Positions 29,652-44,160 of a stretch of DNA of 64,000 nucleotides are shown here, one piece after another. A program made the position numbers and the translations under genes. Numbering within the stretch: position 1 is the stretch's first letter; every line of letters begins with the position of its first letter. A model generated the notes under the pieces. The model had not been told where the DNA came from and did not search any database. It saw only the letters and a program-made list of their open reading frames with translations. Source of the stretch: Octopus sinensis (taxonomy: Eukaryota); contig NC_043000.1 in NCBI RefSeq assembly GCF_006345805.1, positions 71,982,001-72,046,000 of the forward strand, in the 5' to 3' direction.

Positions 29652-29734
29652 TTCTCTGATCACAACTACCAACTGCCCCGAAGATATCTGTCTCATCTTA
29701 CCGTTCTCTCCCCCTCACTCCCCCTCTCCCCCCA

Positions 29735-29825
<91 letters not shown>

Positions 29826-29999
29826 TTATCTATCTTTCTGTCTCTCTCTAGGAGACTCACAACTTCTCTTGACTCTCTACATTTATTTAAACATTAGTGG
29901 CACAGATACGGAAGCCTTAGCGATCTTGACCCATCAAATACTTTTATAACTCTTTTGAATGCAAAGTCCAACCTTTATCCTATTATTATCACAATCTAT

Positions 30000-31010
30000 T
30001 GGGTCGTTTGTCAAATTGTAGTTAGGGTAACTCAGTACGTACGTCTACCTATGCTGGGTAGAATCAAGATTAGACCGAAACTCATCAACATAAGAAAATT
30101 GAAGGTTTCCAATTGACTTTGTTTGGAAAAATGCCTCAGTAACTGGTCTTCGACCGTATGTATACATTAATTGTGATATGCAGATAGCTATTTTAATAGC
30201 AGGCATATACCTCAAGTTTATGATTCCTGAATATGAGTCATAAACTTGACTTCCCCACATTTTGTGCTACTGTTTATATTTTAACCTGCACTTTCCTAGG
30301 TTGTCAAGGCTATCCAGAGTCAAGATATCTTGGCTATTGTAACCATCTTGGTCTGAGAGAACGTAGGGTAAATTATGCCTTGTGTAGTTCATTTCCATTT
30401 CTCCATGACTAGATCCAGTTTGAACTCTTCTCAGCTGCTCCTGCCATTGCCTTGAGAGCTCTGGTTCTCTTTTTCACAGATACAAATCCTGAGAGCTGTT
30501 TCACGAGATCGTAGGCAGATCTGCTCACAAACACTCTCGCTTCCACCTTTGCGGAAAGAAATTTTCTTGGAAGCCAGGTTATCACAATTTGAGGGTTAAA
30601 CTATTATACCTCTAAGTCTTGTAGATGTGGGCTTTCTTCATTTTACTTTCATATGGCATGCTGAGTTAAATCAGAACCACTTGTTTTGACGATAGTGAAT
30701 TGGGTACAATATCTGGTCTCATACCAATCTTGTTTATGATTTCGGGATGGATTTTCTATTCTGGAAGGTCTGCTGAGCACTCACAGCCAACCGCTCCGTC
30801 CAGTAGAATCCACTTCAATTGGTACAGTTGTTTCAGGCCAAAATTTTCGCTTCTTATTGTGTAGAACAATGGTGGAGCTTCTGGTGGTGGTACAAGTTGC
30901 ATAAAAGATGTCTTGAATGCATTTGAATGCACCTGCAAGTATTTCTCCTTCAGGCTGAAGACTTTATCACGTATTTGTATATGATGCATACTTTTTCTCA
31001 TTCTTTTTCT
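30000..31010 (-). mobile_element. Decayed RLE-type LINE (NeSL/HERO-like) 3' region
   Basis: Minus-strand remnants GMRPDIV, I*LSMPYE (compare IELTVPxE) and KVEARVF (compare VEVGxRGF). Confidence 0.5.
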
Positions 31011-32314
31011 TGTCTAATTTCTTTGTAAACTGCAACACATGTTGCGTAAGAAAAATACACCTGACAGTAATTGTTCCGACTATTTACGTTCTGAGTTCGA
31101 ATCTATCTCCAAAGATAACTTTCCCTTCATTTCTTCGGGGTTGATAAAATAAAGTACCATTCAAATAAAACGTCTGAAAGATACCACAAAATCTGTATTT
31201 AACAACATATTTTGAGGCTGCATTTCTGATCTACGCTGATAATCAAATTGATTAACGATCTATATTTACAGTCTATATTTACAGCTATATAAGTGTAAAA
31301 ATTGATATATTTATAAACAAAATATTGGACAACAGTGTGTTAACCGAAGTTTGTTACAAAGAAATATAGAATCGGAACATCAAGTTATCTTGTAGCAAGG
31401 TGGCATGTACAATTGAATCAGACTTAGTACCTTATTGCTACTAATTTTCTTCACATTGAAGGGATCACTGTCAAATACGTCTTCAGTGACATTGGAAAAC
31501 CTCTGAAAACATCCATCCCTCTGCTCAAGGCAAATACTTCATTTTCCACTCTTTCTTACAACCAAAATACATGTAATAGCCAATTTTGATTATCTTCTTA
31601 AAATTTCTTCAATATCGAAACAGCCTTTTCAAGTACTAAACAAAGAAAAAGTTTCTTTCTAATAAAAATGGAAAGAAAGTTGACGTTGCAATATCACCAA
31701 TGACCCAAAAGACCACCAGTTCCTTGTCAATCAGAAAACAAAACGAAAAAAAACTGGCTTCTTCCTGTGAAAGACACTGATCCCTTCAAAATGAGCGAAA
31801 AAATCGAATGACTGGGCCAGGGCTGCACATGTTTAATGTTTCATATTTATTTAAATAACTAGTTTTAGTAGTTGTCATTCCCAAATAATTTTTTCTTGAG
31901 ATAGAAAATACGGCGCCCAAATGTCAGAGATTCAAACGAGAGGCGTTAACTTCAAAAGAATATATGTCACAACTACGCGCATATGAACATTAAAAAAAAA
32001 ACAACAACTAGTAAATACATATCTTTCTTAAACTTCCAAATTAGAAATGTTATTTATAGTGTCACCCAAAGCTGTTTTTGAAACAATTATTTGACATCCG
32101 CTTGCTTGAATTAGATGTTCCCTGCAATCAATTTTCAACAAAAACTACTCATACGCTTAAAGAATGAATACACCCCAAAAGCATATACAGATTTATCTGA
32201 ACACACACACACACACACCACACACACACACATACAAACATACATACATACAACTGTATGTGTGTGTATGTATGGATGTATGTATGTACATCTCTATCTC
32301 TTTGTGTATGTATG

Positions 32315-32340
<26 letters not shown>

Positions 32341-32345
<5 letters not shown>

Positions 32346-32644
32346 ATCACGTGACCGACCAGGCTATCAGATGTTGCTACACATCGCTGGTCACAATGCG
32401 CTTCGCATTGTTTTAGCCTTCAAATAACGCCACCCCGCTGGCTAAGCGAGCAGGCCAACAGAAGAAAGAGTGAGAGAAAGTTGTGGCGAAAGAGTACAGC
32501 AGGGATCGCCACCACTCCCTGCCGGAGCCGCGTGGAGCTTCCGGTATTTTCGCTCAATAAACACTCAGAACGCCCAGTCTGGGAATCGAAACCGCAATCC
32601 TACAACCGCGAGTCCGCTGCCCTAACCACTGGGCCATTGCGCTC

Positions 32645-32647
<3 letters not shown>
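32341..32647 (-). mobile_element. SINE family A, near full length
   Basis: Reverse complement of 45631-45920. Confidence 0.88.
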
Positions 32648-32675
<28 letters not shown>

Positions 32676-32688
32676 TATATATATATAT

Positions 32689-32725
<37 letters not shown>

Positions 32726-32730
<5 letters not shown>

Positions 32731-34285
32731 TCGACTGTATCTTTGCCTCCCTAGTGGCTTCCCTCCCCTCCCACATCCACGACACTAATCATGCTCTCCG
32801 TCTCTTCAACTCTTTCTCCTTCCCTCCTTGCCCTTCTAGACTTCTCTTCACTCTTGATATCAAGGGTCTATATACGGTGATCCTACACAACGAAGAACTC
32901 CTTGTATTCAAACACTTCCGAAACCTTCGATCCAGTCCCCAATCTGACACCTCCACAATCCTTCGTCTGGCCGAATTTGTTCTCTCCCTCAACTGCGTCT
33001 CGTTCGCGGGATATTTTTACCAACACCTCTCGGGAGTGGCCGTGGGAACAAAAATGGGCCCCAACTATGCGAATCTGTTCGTTGGATATGTTGAGGCCCA
33101 AATATTCTCACGATTCACTCCCGAACTATACGGTCGTTATATTGATGACTCTATCGGGGTGACCTCGCTCTCGTGCGAACAACTTGACTCCTTCCTATCT
33201 TTTGTCCAATCCTTCTATCCTGTCTTCGAATTCTCCTGACTATTTCCAACACTCCTGTCGCATTTCTCGACATTTCGGCCAATGTACACCACTCCGTGCT
33301 CACTACCCCCATCCACTACAAACACACCGACTCACACTCACCATTCCTTACTCCCAATTCCTCCATCTGTGCAGGCTCTGCAGTGACAACCGTGACTTTC
33401 AGACTCATGGTTCTCTACTTCATCCTTTGTAGATATCCCCTCACCACTATCCACACAGCACTTGCCAGAGCACATTCCGTGTACCGGTCCTCTGCTCTCT
33501 CTTCCCGTACCCGCCCCACCGTTGCCCGTCTCTCATTTCCCCTCATCTACCCTCCACTCTGTCCCACCAACACACCATTCTTCGAACCTTCCGTCGATTC
33601 CAGTTCGACACCTCCACCTCACACATCTTCCCCAACCTACCCCTTCTCTCCTTCAAATGACCCCCATCCTGCGTGACCTCCTGGTCCGCAGTTTCTACCC
33701 TAAGCCCACCTCCCAACCTGGCTCGTTCCCCTGCTCCCGACCACGCTGCCGCACTTACCCCTACCTCTCCAATACTACCATCCTCACAGGCATTCATCAT
33801 CGTCCCTATCATATCACTGACTCCTTTATCTGCACTTCTAGAAACGTCATTTACTTCATCTCCTGCTCTTTCTGCCCTTCCCTATACATCAGTCAAACGG
33901 AACGTCGCTTGGCTGACCGGTTCATGGAACACCTCCGAGATATCAAACTCGGCAATGACACTCCGGTCTTGCGCCATTTCCGCTCTACCGGTCATTCATT
34001 ACAACACCTGTATGTGTTCGGATTGTCTTTGCACAGGATCCATCCGGATTCCCGCCTTCGCCGCGAACAAGAATTAATCTTCCTTCTTCGCCCTTTGCCC
34101 CACATGGGCTCAACTCTCCTCCACTCTTCATCTGACTCCTCTCCTCTCTTCATCTGACACCTACTTCCTCCCTTCACTCTTACTCACCTTCTGTCTTCAC
34201 TGATACTCAGCTTCTCGTTTCATTGATACCCCCCGACACCCCTTACTCCCACCCACTGCACCCACCCATCCCCACCCCCACCATA
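32726..34285 (+). mobile_element. Penelope-like element (Neptune-type) RT plus GIY-YIG, 5'-truncated and frameshifted
   Basis: HIHDT..LFTLDIKGLYT..GVAVGTKMGPNYANLFVG..RYIDD, then CSRPRC..CTSRNVIYFISCSFC..LYISQTERRL..RF.EH. Starts directly after (TA)n. Confidence 0.9.
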
Positions 34286-34723
34286 CACGTGCAGGGTAAT
34301 AATTAGAAAAAGATTTTAAAAAAATTATTTACTATTAAAACTTTTATTAGATTTAACAGAATGTCAGTAACCTTTGTGGAAGAAGTCTGTATACGGTATT
34401 TTATGCCTGCAGTGTATTTTGTGTTTAAGCAGTTTCATTTTTCAACTTTTCAAATATGCGTTCTAGGCTAATGCATATCAAGAAGCTGTTTCCTTTTGTA
34501 ATGGTGTTAGCTATTCCGGTTTAGTTTCCGATTTAGAATGTTTGTAAAGTATTCTTCTTTTGTTTTTCGTAGTTGATCATTTCCTCTTAGATTTTGTTAG
34601 AAGTGAATATTTTAAATTGTTGACTATACGTATATATAGTCACACACACGTACACGCACACACAAACCACACAATACACACACTGCACACTACACAGATA
34701 TATAATGCATATATGATATGAGA

Positions 34724-34771
<48 letters not shown>

Positions 34772-34775
34772 TTTT

Positions 34776-34985
34776 TTTTTACTCTTTTACTTGTTTCAGT
34801 CATTTGACTGTGGTCATGCTGGAGCACCGCCTTCAGTCGAGCAAATCGACGCCAGGACTTATTCTTTGTAAGCATAGTACTTATTCTATCGGTCTATTTT
34901 GCCGAACCGCTAAGTACGGTGACACAAACACACCAGCATCGGTTGTCAAGCGATGTTGGTGGGGGGGGGGGACAATACAGACACA

Positions 34986-35083
<98 letters not shown>

Positions 35084-35240
35084 TATGGCGGGCTTCTTTC
35101 AGTTTCCGTCTACCAAATCCACTCACAAGGCTTTGGTCGACCCGAGGCTATAGTAGAAGACACTTGCCCAAAGTGCCACTGAACCCGGAACCATGTGGTT
35201 GGTAAACAAGCTACTTACCACACAGCCACTCCTGCGCCTA
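34776..35240 (-). mobile_element. SINE family B, near full length
   Basis: Reverse complement of 40718-41126. Confidence 0.88.
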
Positions 35241-35628
35241 TATATATAAAATATTAAAACATCAGCTTGTGACTACAAATATTTCTGCACATTACGTCAA
35301 ATCATGTTTACTTGCTTTGTCTCTGTTGTGCATGTAGTCACCTTGCCAAAATGTAGGTAGATGTAACTACCCTTAGAAACTATTAAGAAGCATGAGAAGG
35401 CAACGGAAAACACATTTAACAACATATATTTAATTTATATTTAATTTATATTTAACAACACAACAAAGTGCAGTATTTCTTTTATTTCAAAACTAGAAAA
35501 GGTTAATTTGTTTTTCAATCTGTATTTAAATACCTTTCACTTGCCTGTGTAAGCTCATGTGTTGATTTTCCCATTATGTCTCTATTCTTTTTCTCCGTAA
35601 ATAATCAAGAGGTGGAGCTATGCGCGCA

Positions 35629-35692
35629 TAAGGATTTCAATCTGGTTCTGGTGAATCGAAGTCGATTCACCAGAACCAGATTGAAATCCTTA
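35629..35692. repeat. Perfect 31-bp inverted repeat with 2-nt spacer
   Basis: TAAGGATTTCAATCTGGTTCTGGTGAATCGA-AG-TCGATTCACCAGAACCAGATTGAAATCCTTA. Confidence 0.95.
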
Positions 35693-36215
35693 CGATGAAA
35701 GCATGTGAGATAAATCTTGTGATATGTACGAAACAGTTTTAGAAACAGATAGTGATGATTGTAAAGAATTTGATGGCTTTTAGATAAATACATGTGGCAC
35801 GTTTGATGTCTTATTGATATTATTTAGTTCGATAGGAAAAAAAAAATTATGTCTCTTTTTTAAATGCAACTACTGTAAAATAATTTTATTGAAAAATAAG
35901 GTTTGTGTGTAATTCAAATTGTGTTATTTACAGATATTTTATGAAAAATATAAATATGTTATTCGAAATATTATTACTACAGTTATACATCACCATTAAA
36001 ATTTTTCAAAGGTTAGCGACAGATAAAGGTTACTGTGAGCGAAACCATAACTCGATATTTACATTTTCTCAGCCGAGGTCACATAGACAGAAGTTGATTT
36101 CAATGATAGAATTATCTCTCGAATAAGCTATTTATTATAAAGATATGCCAATAAAATATAAAGTAAAAATGTTTTTATAACCTACATCATAATTTAAAAA
36201 AAAATGTTAGGGTAC

Positions 36216-36306
<91 letters not shown>

Positions 36307-36370
36307 CATCCATCCGCCCACCTATCCAACAACCCATCCATCTATCCATCCATCCATCCATCCATCCATC

Positions 36371-36526
<156 letters not shown>

Positions 36527-37067
36527 GGACGTCATTTGTAAATAAATATGTTAATATGTGACGTAATTGCCCGAGGTTACTGTGGTCTTTTCGTAGGTTT
36601 TTCTTTCCACGGATAAACCTCCCCATTTCTTGGGAACTTTTTGTACTATTTCGACATTTTTTACATATATCCCCAACGATTTCAATCCCTTTTGATCGTT
36701 GTCTCTATTTTTGTTTTTTTCTTACTTTTTTTTGCCCCATCCCCGAAAAGAAAAACTCTACATTGTAATTGCGGATTTACTTCAGTAAGAGCTTGCGACT
36801 TGTTTCTCTACTATTTTAGGAAAAATGATTACTGCATTAAAAAGGTCTACGGTTTAAAATTAGAAATACTGTAAGTTACGCCGTTCATTATCTTTCAATA
36901 TCAGACGTTAGCGTAACATTGTTTTCAAATTTTGGCACAAGGACAGTAATTTCGGAGTCGATTACATCGCTCCCAGTACTCAGCTAATACTTATTACATC
37001 GATCTTGAAAGCATGAAAGGCAAAGTAGACCTCGACGGAATTTGAATTCAGAAGATAAAGATGGATT

Positions 37068-37270
37068 AAATGTTCTGTTGTGTCTGGGGAGAGTCATTTT
37101 CTTTTTGTGCCTTATAATGTAACACACTCACCGGTAAAATTTCACTTATTTCTTATTTTTATTATTATTTAGGAAAATAAAAATAAGTGGAAATTTTACC
37201 GGCGAGTGTGTGTGTTACATTATAAGGCACAAAAAAAAAATGACTCACCCCAGACACAACAGAACATTTA
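37068..37270. mobile_element. Palindromic MITE-like element, about 200 bp
   Basis: About 90-bp imperfect arms (TAAATGTTCTGTTGTGTCTGGGG.../...CCCCAGACACAACAGAACATTTA) adjoining a SINE-D fragment. Confidence 0.65.
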
Positions 37271-37404
37271 GAATATGCTTCAACACACGAACTCAAATAA
37301 AGAATCTTGCAAACCAAATCCGAAAAAGGACTAAATGTTGCTAACCTAGAAATACACAATACTTAACAACGTTCTGAGAATATATATATGTATATATATA
37401 TAAT

Positions 37405-37765
37405 AAAAATAATTTCTTAAGTAACCAGAAGATAGATTTGGTATTAATCTTTATTTTATACAACAGTCGTTTCAACTCATCCTGCTATTGTCTCCTATGG
37501 GTTGGACTCGTTCAACATGTTATGTTGCATCCATTTTGCAGACATATAACAACATGGCAGCCAAAACTCAGGATCATTAGCGAGACACAACTTTATGTAT
37601 GGATGTACCTGATTAGACTCAGACTGCAAAATGGATGCGACACAACATATTGAACGGAGTCGCACCCATAAGGGACAATAGCAGGATGGGTCGAAACGAC
37701 CGTTGTACAAAATAAAGATTAATACCAAATCCATCTTCTGGTTACTTAAGAAATTATTATTATTA
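37405..37765. mobile_element. Inverted-repeat insert next to (TA)n, probably a PLE terminal fragment
   Basis: 37405-37541 is an imperfect reverse complement of 37624-37760. Confidence 0.55.
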
Positions 37766-38668
37766 TCTCAACTAACACTGCAGAGTTCCTGAAGTAGATT
37801 CAACGGAAACATACGCCGACTGCGGATGACACCAGGTAGCCCAAACTGTGCCAGTGCTCTACTAAACACTTCAACACACTAATCGACATATACCCATTAG
37901 TTCAAAATATCATATATATAACATACACACATACGCACGCGCACAGACACACACACACGTCCAAATTTAGGGCAATGGAGAGGGTGAAATGCAGGCTATA
38001 TAGTTTGCTAGCTAGCAGAATCTCGGAAGTAATAATTACTCAACGAGGGGTACTCCACTAGCTACTCATCTTTCTGCGTCAATAAATCACTATTATTCCT
38101 GAAAGTTGTGTGTTTCATACATTCTACCGACTGTTCGAAGCTTACACACACACACACGCGCACGCACGCACGCACGCACGCACACATACAAAGAGAGACA
38201 CACAGACACACACACACACACACACTCACACACACACACACACACACAAACACACAACACACACATTTAATTCATGGTTTTCAACAACTTCCAACAATGT
38301 TATTCTTTTTTCAAAGTAAGCGTGGAATTGCCAAGCGTACACCGAGCATAAACTATTATTCTTAACTATTGGTGTCCTCTCCGCCCTCACAACCAACCTC
38401 ATTAAGCATCTATACTCTGCTAAACATCAGCATACATATCATTATACAAAGATAAACATGATAATGGGAAAAAGCTTAAATCTTAATGAAAATCCCAGAG
38501 GATAAAGACATTTATATGCCTTATTCTTGTTTTAAATTTTTTTACTTAACAAATGCAAATGGAATGTTTCTGCTTGAATCGCCAGTATACAAAGCTTTTA
38601 CAAAATAATGCTTCATCTTTTTGATGTGAAAGAAAGCTATATGTTTCCGAAGAAATGTTCACGGGAGT

Positions 38669-38780
<112 letters not shown>

Positions 38781-38781
38781 A

Positions 38782-39196
38782 TAAATGCCCTGATGCAGTA
38801 CCAGGCAGTGGCTCTCATGGCTTCTGATCTTAACTGATTGGAAGTGTTATCATGTACATTGTTTTGTCTTGGTATAAAAGATGGGCTAAACAAATATTCT
38901 GCTCAATACCACAGATTTGCTTGTTAGTTGTTTGGCCTTAACCAGTTGAGCATATCCCTTAGTGGCTGACGATATGTGCATCTATGATCATGAACAGAAA
39001 TAGTGGGGGAGCATTATAGCCATGTGTTGAGAGGAATTCTTTGGGATTTGTATAATTCACCTTGGGAAATAGGTGTTTTGTTCAACATCCTTAAATAACC
39101 CTTACTCGGGGACCTTTTGAGCAGGATAGGCCACTCGACCTGAAGAAAATTCTAACTGGGCCCCATCTATAAGGTCATGCACTGTTCTCTCACTCA
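38782..39196. mobile_element. Non-coding ~415-bp insert bounded by triplet microsatellites
   Basis: Complex sequence with sharp borders to (AAT)n/(AGT)n on the left and (AAT)n on the right. No ORF of its own. Confidence 0.45.
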
Positions 39197-39199
39197 ATG

Positions 39200-39336
<137 letters not shown>

Positions 39337-39338
39337 AC

Positions 39339-39379
<41 letters not shown>

Positions 39380-39592
39380 GATCCTTTCTACTAAAGGCAG
39401 AAGGCCTAAAATTTGTGGGTGGGGGTGGGGGGACAAGTCGATTACATCGACACCCAGTGTTTCACTGATACTTAATTTATCGACCTCGAAAGGATGAAAG
39501 GCAAATTCGACAACAACAACAACAACAACAACAGCAGCAGCAGCAGCAGCAACAACAACAACAACAACAATGATAATAATAATAATGATAAT

Positions 39593-39654
<62 letters not shown>

Positions 39655-39890
39655 GGATTTCTTTATTAACCACTCGGGATTTACATAAAAAAATCATTAT
39701 GGACAACACAGGACAAATACAATATAGGGTTACATGAAAAGCTTGTAAACAAAGAAAAACAAAAACAATTATCGAATATAACAACAAAATTTCCAAAAGT
39801 GGGAGACCTCCCAAGACTGCTCGTGAAAGCCCCTCAAGTCCACAACAGTCCTGACTACCAGGGTAACTGCCTTTCGGCTTTGTCTACAGG
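39655..39890 (-). mobile_element. LINE 3' UTR fragment ending in AATAAA plus (TTA)n
   Basis: Minus strand reads ...GTGGTTAATAAAGAAATCC-TTATTATTA. Confidence 0.4.
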
Positions 39891-40023
39891 TGTATGCTTA
39901 GAGTAGGCCCAATTATAATGAGAAAAATAAGAATAAAAATAAATCAGCTATATCACGTAGAATACCTGTCTTCAGATATATGATTATACATCGCAAAACA
40001 AAACTAACATTGAACACCCTCTT

Positions 40024-40058
<35 letters not shown>

Positions 40059-40359
40059 CTACTACTACTATTGAAGAAATGGTACAAGTGGATGATGGTA
40101 GAATCGTCAGAACGTGGGATAAAATATTTAAATTGACTTCCCTTTCCCCACTTCCTTTATCGACCCACCCACAAAACCCACTGAATAGTGTGGGAAGCAG
40201 TTAAGAACTAGTTTCAATTCCCTAACATAACTTTGAGTAACAAATTTGAACCCCCATCCCTGCCCAAGAAAAACAATGTAACATTGTTTCCAATGCTTGA
40301 TTACATTTTATCGTTGCTTATTTTTCTGATTGAGTGATTATTGTTTTATTTACTACGAG

Positions 40360-40472
40360 CAAAAGGCACCCCCACGTCCAATGGACGGTGCTGAGTTGTC
40401 AAACATTTAAGCCTAATTTTCTCAAAACAACTTGTCCGACCGTCCCATAGGCCTCCCCTTTGAGAACCACTG
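40360..40472. mobile_element. hAT-like terminal fragment
   Basis: TTTGAGAACCACTG is the reverse complement of CAGTGGTTCTCAAA, a common hAT (Charlie-type) TIR. No partner end was found. Confidence 0.45.
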
Positions 40473-40717
40473 ATTTAACCTAAATTTGAGACACCAGTAA
40501 AAGAAGAAATAAAGATGGACTTTTTTCTATTCCAAAGAAAAACAATTGTGGCATTATCTCAAGCCAGCCGGCTTTTTTGCGCAAACTGCACGTGCATTTT
40601 TCTCGCGTACGCGTAGTATCGATCGCAACAGCTGATGTACTTGCGCGTACAAATGCACATTCCTACGGCTTTATCGAACGCATTCTCACCTGGAATCGAT
40701 TTTTGTAATTTTTTCAT

Positions 40718-41126
40718 AGGCGCAGGAGTGGCTGTGTGGTAAGTAGCTTGCTTACTAACCACATGGTTCCGGGTTCAGTCCCACTGCGTGGCACCTTGGG
40801 CAAGTGTCTTCTACCATAGCCTATGGCCGACCAAAGCCTTGTGAGTGGATTTGGTAGATGGAAACTGAAAGAAGCCCGTCGTATATATGTATATATATAT
40901 GCGTGTGTGTGTTTGTGTGTTTGTGTTTGTCCCCCTAGCATTGCTTGACAACCGATGTTGGTGTGTTTATGTCCCCGTTACTTAGCGGTTCGGCAAAAGT
41001 GACCGATAGAATAAGTACTGGGCTTACAAAAAGAATAAGTCCCGGGGTCGAGTTGCTCGATTAAAGGCGGTGCTCCAGCATGGCCGCAGTCAAATGACTG
41101 AAACAAGTAAAAGAGTAAAAGAGTAA
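40718..41126 (+). mobile_element. tRNA-derived SINE family B, full length
   Basis: AGGCGCAGGAGTGGCTGTGTGGTAAG...GGTTCAGTCCC head, internal TA/TG microsatellite and (GAGTAAAA)n tail. Has several paralogues in the window. Confidence 0.9.
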
Positions 41127-43101
41127 GACTTATACACGCCCTGATACCGTCGGTATCTACATATCAAATTTGAGCGCAATCGGATGGAGGATGCCCGAGA
41201 TCCTAGACTGACAGAACGGATTTTATATAATAGATTGTTGATATTTTGCTGAATGTTACTATTTTCTTTTAGAGACAGTTAAATTGTTCTGCTCTTTCAT
41301 AAATTCTCTTCATTTCTCAAATTACTCTATGTTTACTTACCAATCTATTATAATTGCTCATATTAATTACTAGGAAGCACACAGTATTTCCTTTTGCAAC
41401 CAAGTATATTAAAGGCTTACAAGCCAATATTGTGTCAATACTGTGTCCTTGCAAGGAAATAATATTTACGTTTCAGCTGACAGGAATGTGTTTAACATGT
41501 AAATGAACTTATCCAACAGTGTTTCACCGTTAAACTTAATGAGTATTTAAGCGATACGTTCGTAGGTAGTTGATGGGTTGGACGTGGTGCTGATGAAAGG
41601 GCAATAATTCTTGAAATATGCTTACACACCAATTACCTATTTTTTTCTATTTTCGATTGCATTGTTTACATAAACGTGTTCGCATACAAAACGTCATAAC
41701 TTACAGTGCTGGCTCTGAATTCTATAGAAAATCTATAGAGATAAACTTAAAAATATAATTACTCACTCCTGCAGTGCCTACTGCATGATACAGGAATAAA
41801 GTTGTTTTCAGAGTATGTATTGAAATTGCTGTCATTACTTTGTGTATTTTGAATATGTATTTTTAATCAAATTATTTTTTAAATGTTTCTTGATTTTGAG
41901 CTGAAAGTTTTATATCTTCTAGGCTACAAGGGTACCACCCAAACATAATAATATGAAGTAAGATATACTTTATCTAAATATCTAAGTGCTTTTCTATGAG
42001 CAGTGATTTACCATTTACATTGTAGAGGGTTTACAGCTAAAGCATATCTAAGTTTTAGAATTTAACTCTTAGAAACACATTAAAACTAAAATATGTGAAT
42101 GTTAATGTTTCCGCGTATTTTTTGCTTTTTAGTTGTGTAGTTGATCAGAAATAGAATCTAATCTCCTTTAGTCTATTCTTCAGTTCTTTTCTTTAGTTTG
42201 TTTCAGCCAAAACCATACTGGAGCACTACTTAGGTTTACAAAACTATTTTAGACTTTTAAAAACTTAGTAATTACAACTAAGTTATGAATAAATATAGAG
42301 TCATATCCGCATATTTAGTCTCAGCGATATTTGGGCACCAAGGGCTTTTCGGTAGTTTGGAATGAAGATCGGGGTGTCTGGTAGAATTGTTACTTGGAAA
42401 TTTATCAGAATCAGTTTACTGCCCTTCTCTAAGTAACCTGAGACTACTCGTTACAATGTAAACAAGCATGTGTCTCGGCAAATGTTATTCACAAAATGGC
42501 ACAAGGTTGACGACCTGAAAATAATTATTCGAGTACCAATAGAACATGAATATATATAAGTATGGTTTGTAAATAAATAGGCTATAAATAGTTTCGTACT
42601 TATCTGAATATGATCTTTCACATTATAATGTCTATAATTTATGTTACGATAATGGGGAAAGGATCCTATCCTTTTGATCTCTAAATTTTTGAATCTTTTA
42701 ATTTAGAGTAGATGATTATTTAATATATGCTTACAAAGTCTAATATTTAAACTTTATTTGTTAGATTGTATAATGGATTGACGCATAATATTGTTATATG
42801 AACAAGTAATACTTTGCATCGTTACATATGTAGGATAATAACACAGATTCAACCTCATAATCTCAATACATCACCTTTGTGATGTACTGAGGTTATAAGG
42901 TTGGATTATATAGTGCATTGTATATATAAGAAAAATAAACATTTAAATTGAATGGTCATTCAAAATACATCTCATATTGTGCCAAATATTCTCTTTATAA
43001 AGATTGTTCTATTCTTTCATAAATGGTGAACCAAGAGACCTAAAGACAAGTTAGACATCGTTTAGCTATTTAATGTACGGAAAAGCACACTATCAATACA
43101 T

Positions 43102-43492
43102 ACACTCCATCTCGTACTGAGTTCGACTTTGCCCTTCATCCTTTCGGGGTTGATAAAATAAGTAGCAGTTGCACACTGGAACCGATGTATTCAACTATCT
43201 TCATTCCCGCCAAAATTTCAGACCTTGCGCTTATAGTAGAAAAGAATATATACCCTTTATCTACCTCGCTCTGCTTCATCTTACGAATTCTTAATATGAT
43301 ATTCCTTATATATATATACATATATAAAGGTAGATAAAGGGTATATATTCTTTTCTACTATAAGCGCAAGGTCTGAAATTTTGGCGGGAATGAAGATAGT
43401 CGAATACATCGGTTCCAGTGTGCAACTGCTACTTATTTTATCAACCCCGAAAGGATGAAGGGCAAAGTCGAACTCAGTACGAGATGGAGTGT
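43102..43492. repeat. 165-bp near-perfect inverted duplication of local DNA
   Basis: 43102-43266 vs 43328-43492, one mismatch seen. Includes a SINE-D fragment and unique flank. Confidence 0.9.
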
Positions 43493-43500
43493 GTATATAA

Positions 43501-43531
<31 letters not shown>

Positions 43532-43549
43532 ATATATATTATATATATA

Positions 43550-43987
43550 AGGAATATAAAAAAAAACGTTAGACACAAAGAGAAATGAAAACATAGAAAA
43601 CAAACTTTTTTTCGAACAACGAAAAAAACCAGAGAAACGAGACATGCAACATAAAGAATATTCTCCTTCATATTCCAGTTTCATATACCCCGCGTTTTCG
43701 AAGGTAAGGATAATACACAACTTCGATGAAACAGTCCTTCCCGCAAAGCAAATTAAATAACATTTGGGATTTTTTGCGGAGGGTGAAAGTGGTAACAAGA
43801 ACAGGACAGTGAGAATAAGACTGTAAAAACAAACGGTGAGGCTGTTGAGCCAAGACGATAGAAAAATTATTATGAACACTAGGAGGACGAGCTATGAGAG
43901 GAGACAGGTATAAGCACATCTTGTCTTTAGGAAGGAAATGGACAGAAAGATAGATTCCCTTTCGTCACCTGTCAGAGTCAAGGCGGA

Positions 43988-44033
<46 letters not shown>

Positions 44034-44160
44034 AACAGTGAAGAGGAGAGGAGAAGAATGTGTAGCCACAACACATTCTCTATTTTCTCTCCTTGTTTCT
44101 TTCTGTGTTCCTTCCTGTGGAAGAGCGTAAGCTCGAGACGTTAAAGACTTTTTCACTTCC
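43550..44160. mobile_element. PLE-like terminal/UTR sequence adjoining (TA)n
   Basis: Abuts (TA)n at 43549 and carries an HHR-like motif at 44110-44150 that is also present at 47487-47530(-). Confidence 0.45.

Noticed and set aside
37640-37710. Stem plus GAAACGACCGTT resembling a hammerhead 3' half
   Set aside because: Neither arm has a CUGANGA-like core adjacent to the stem.
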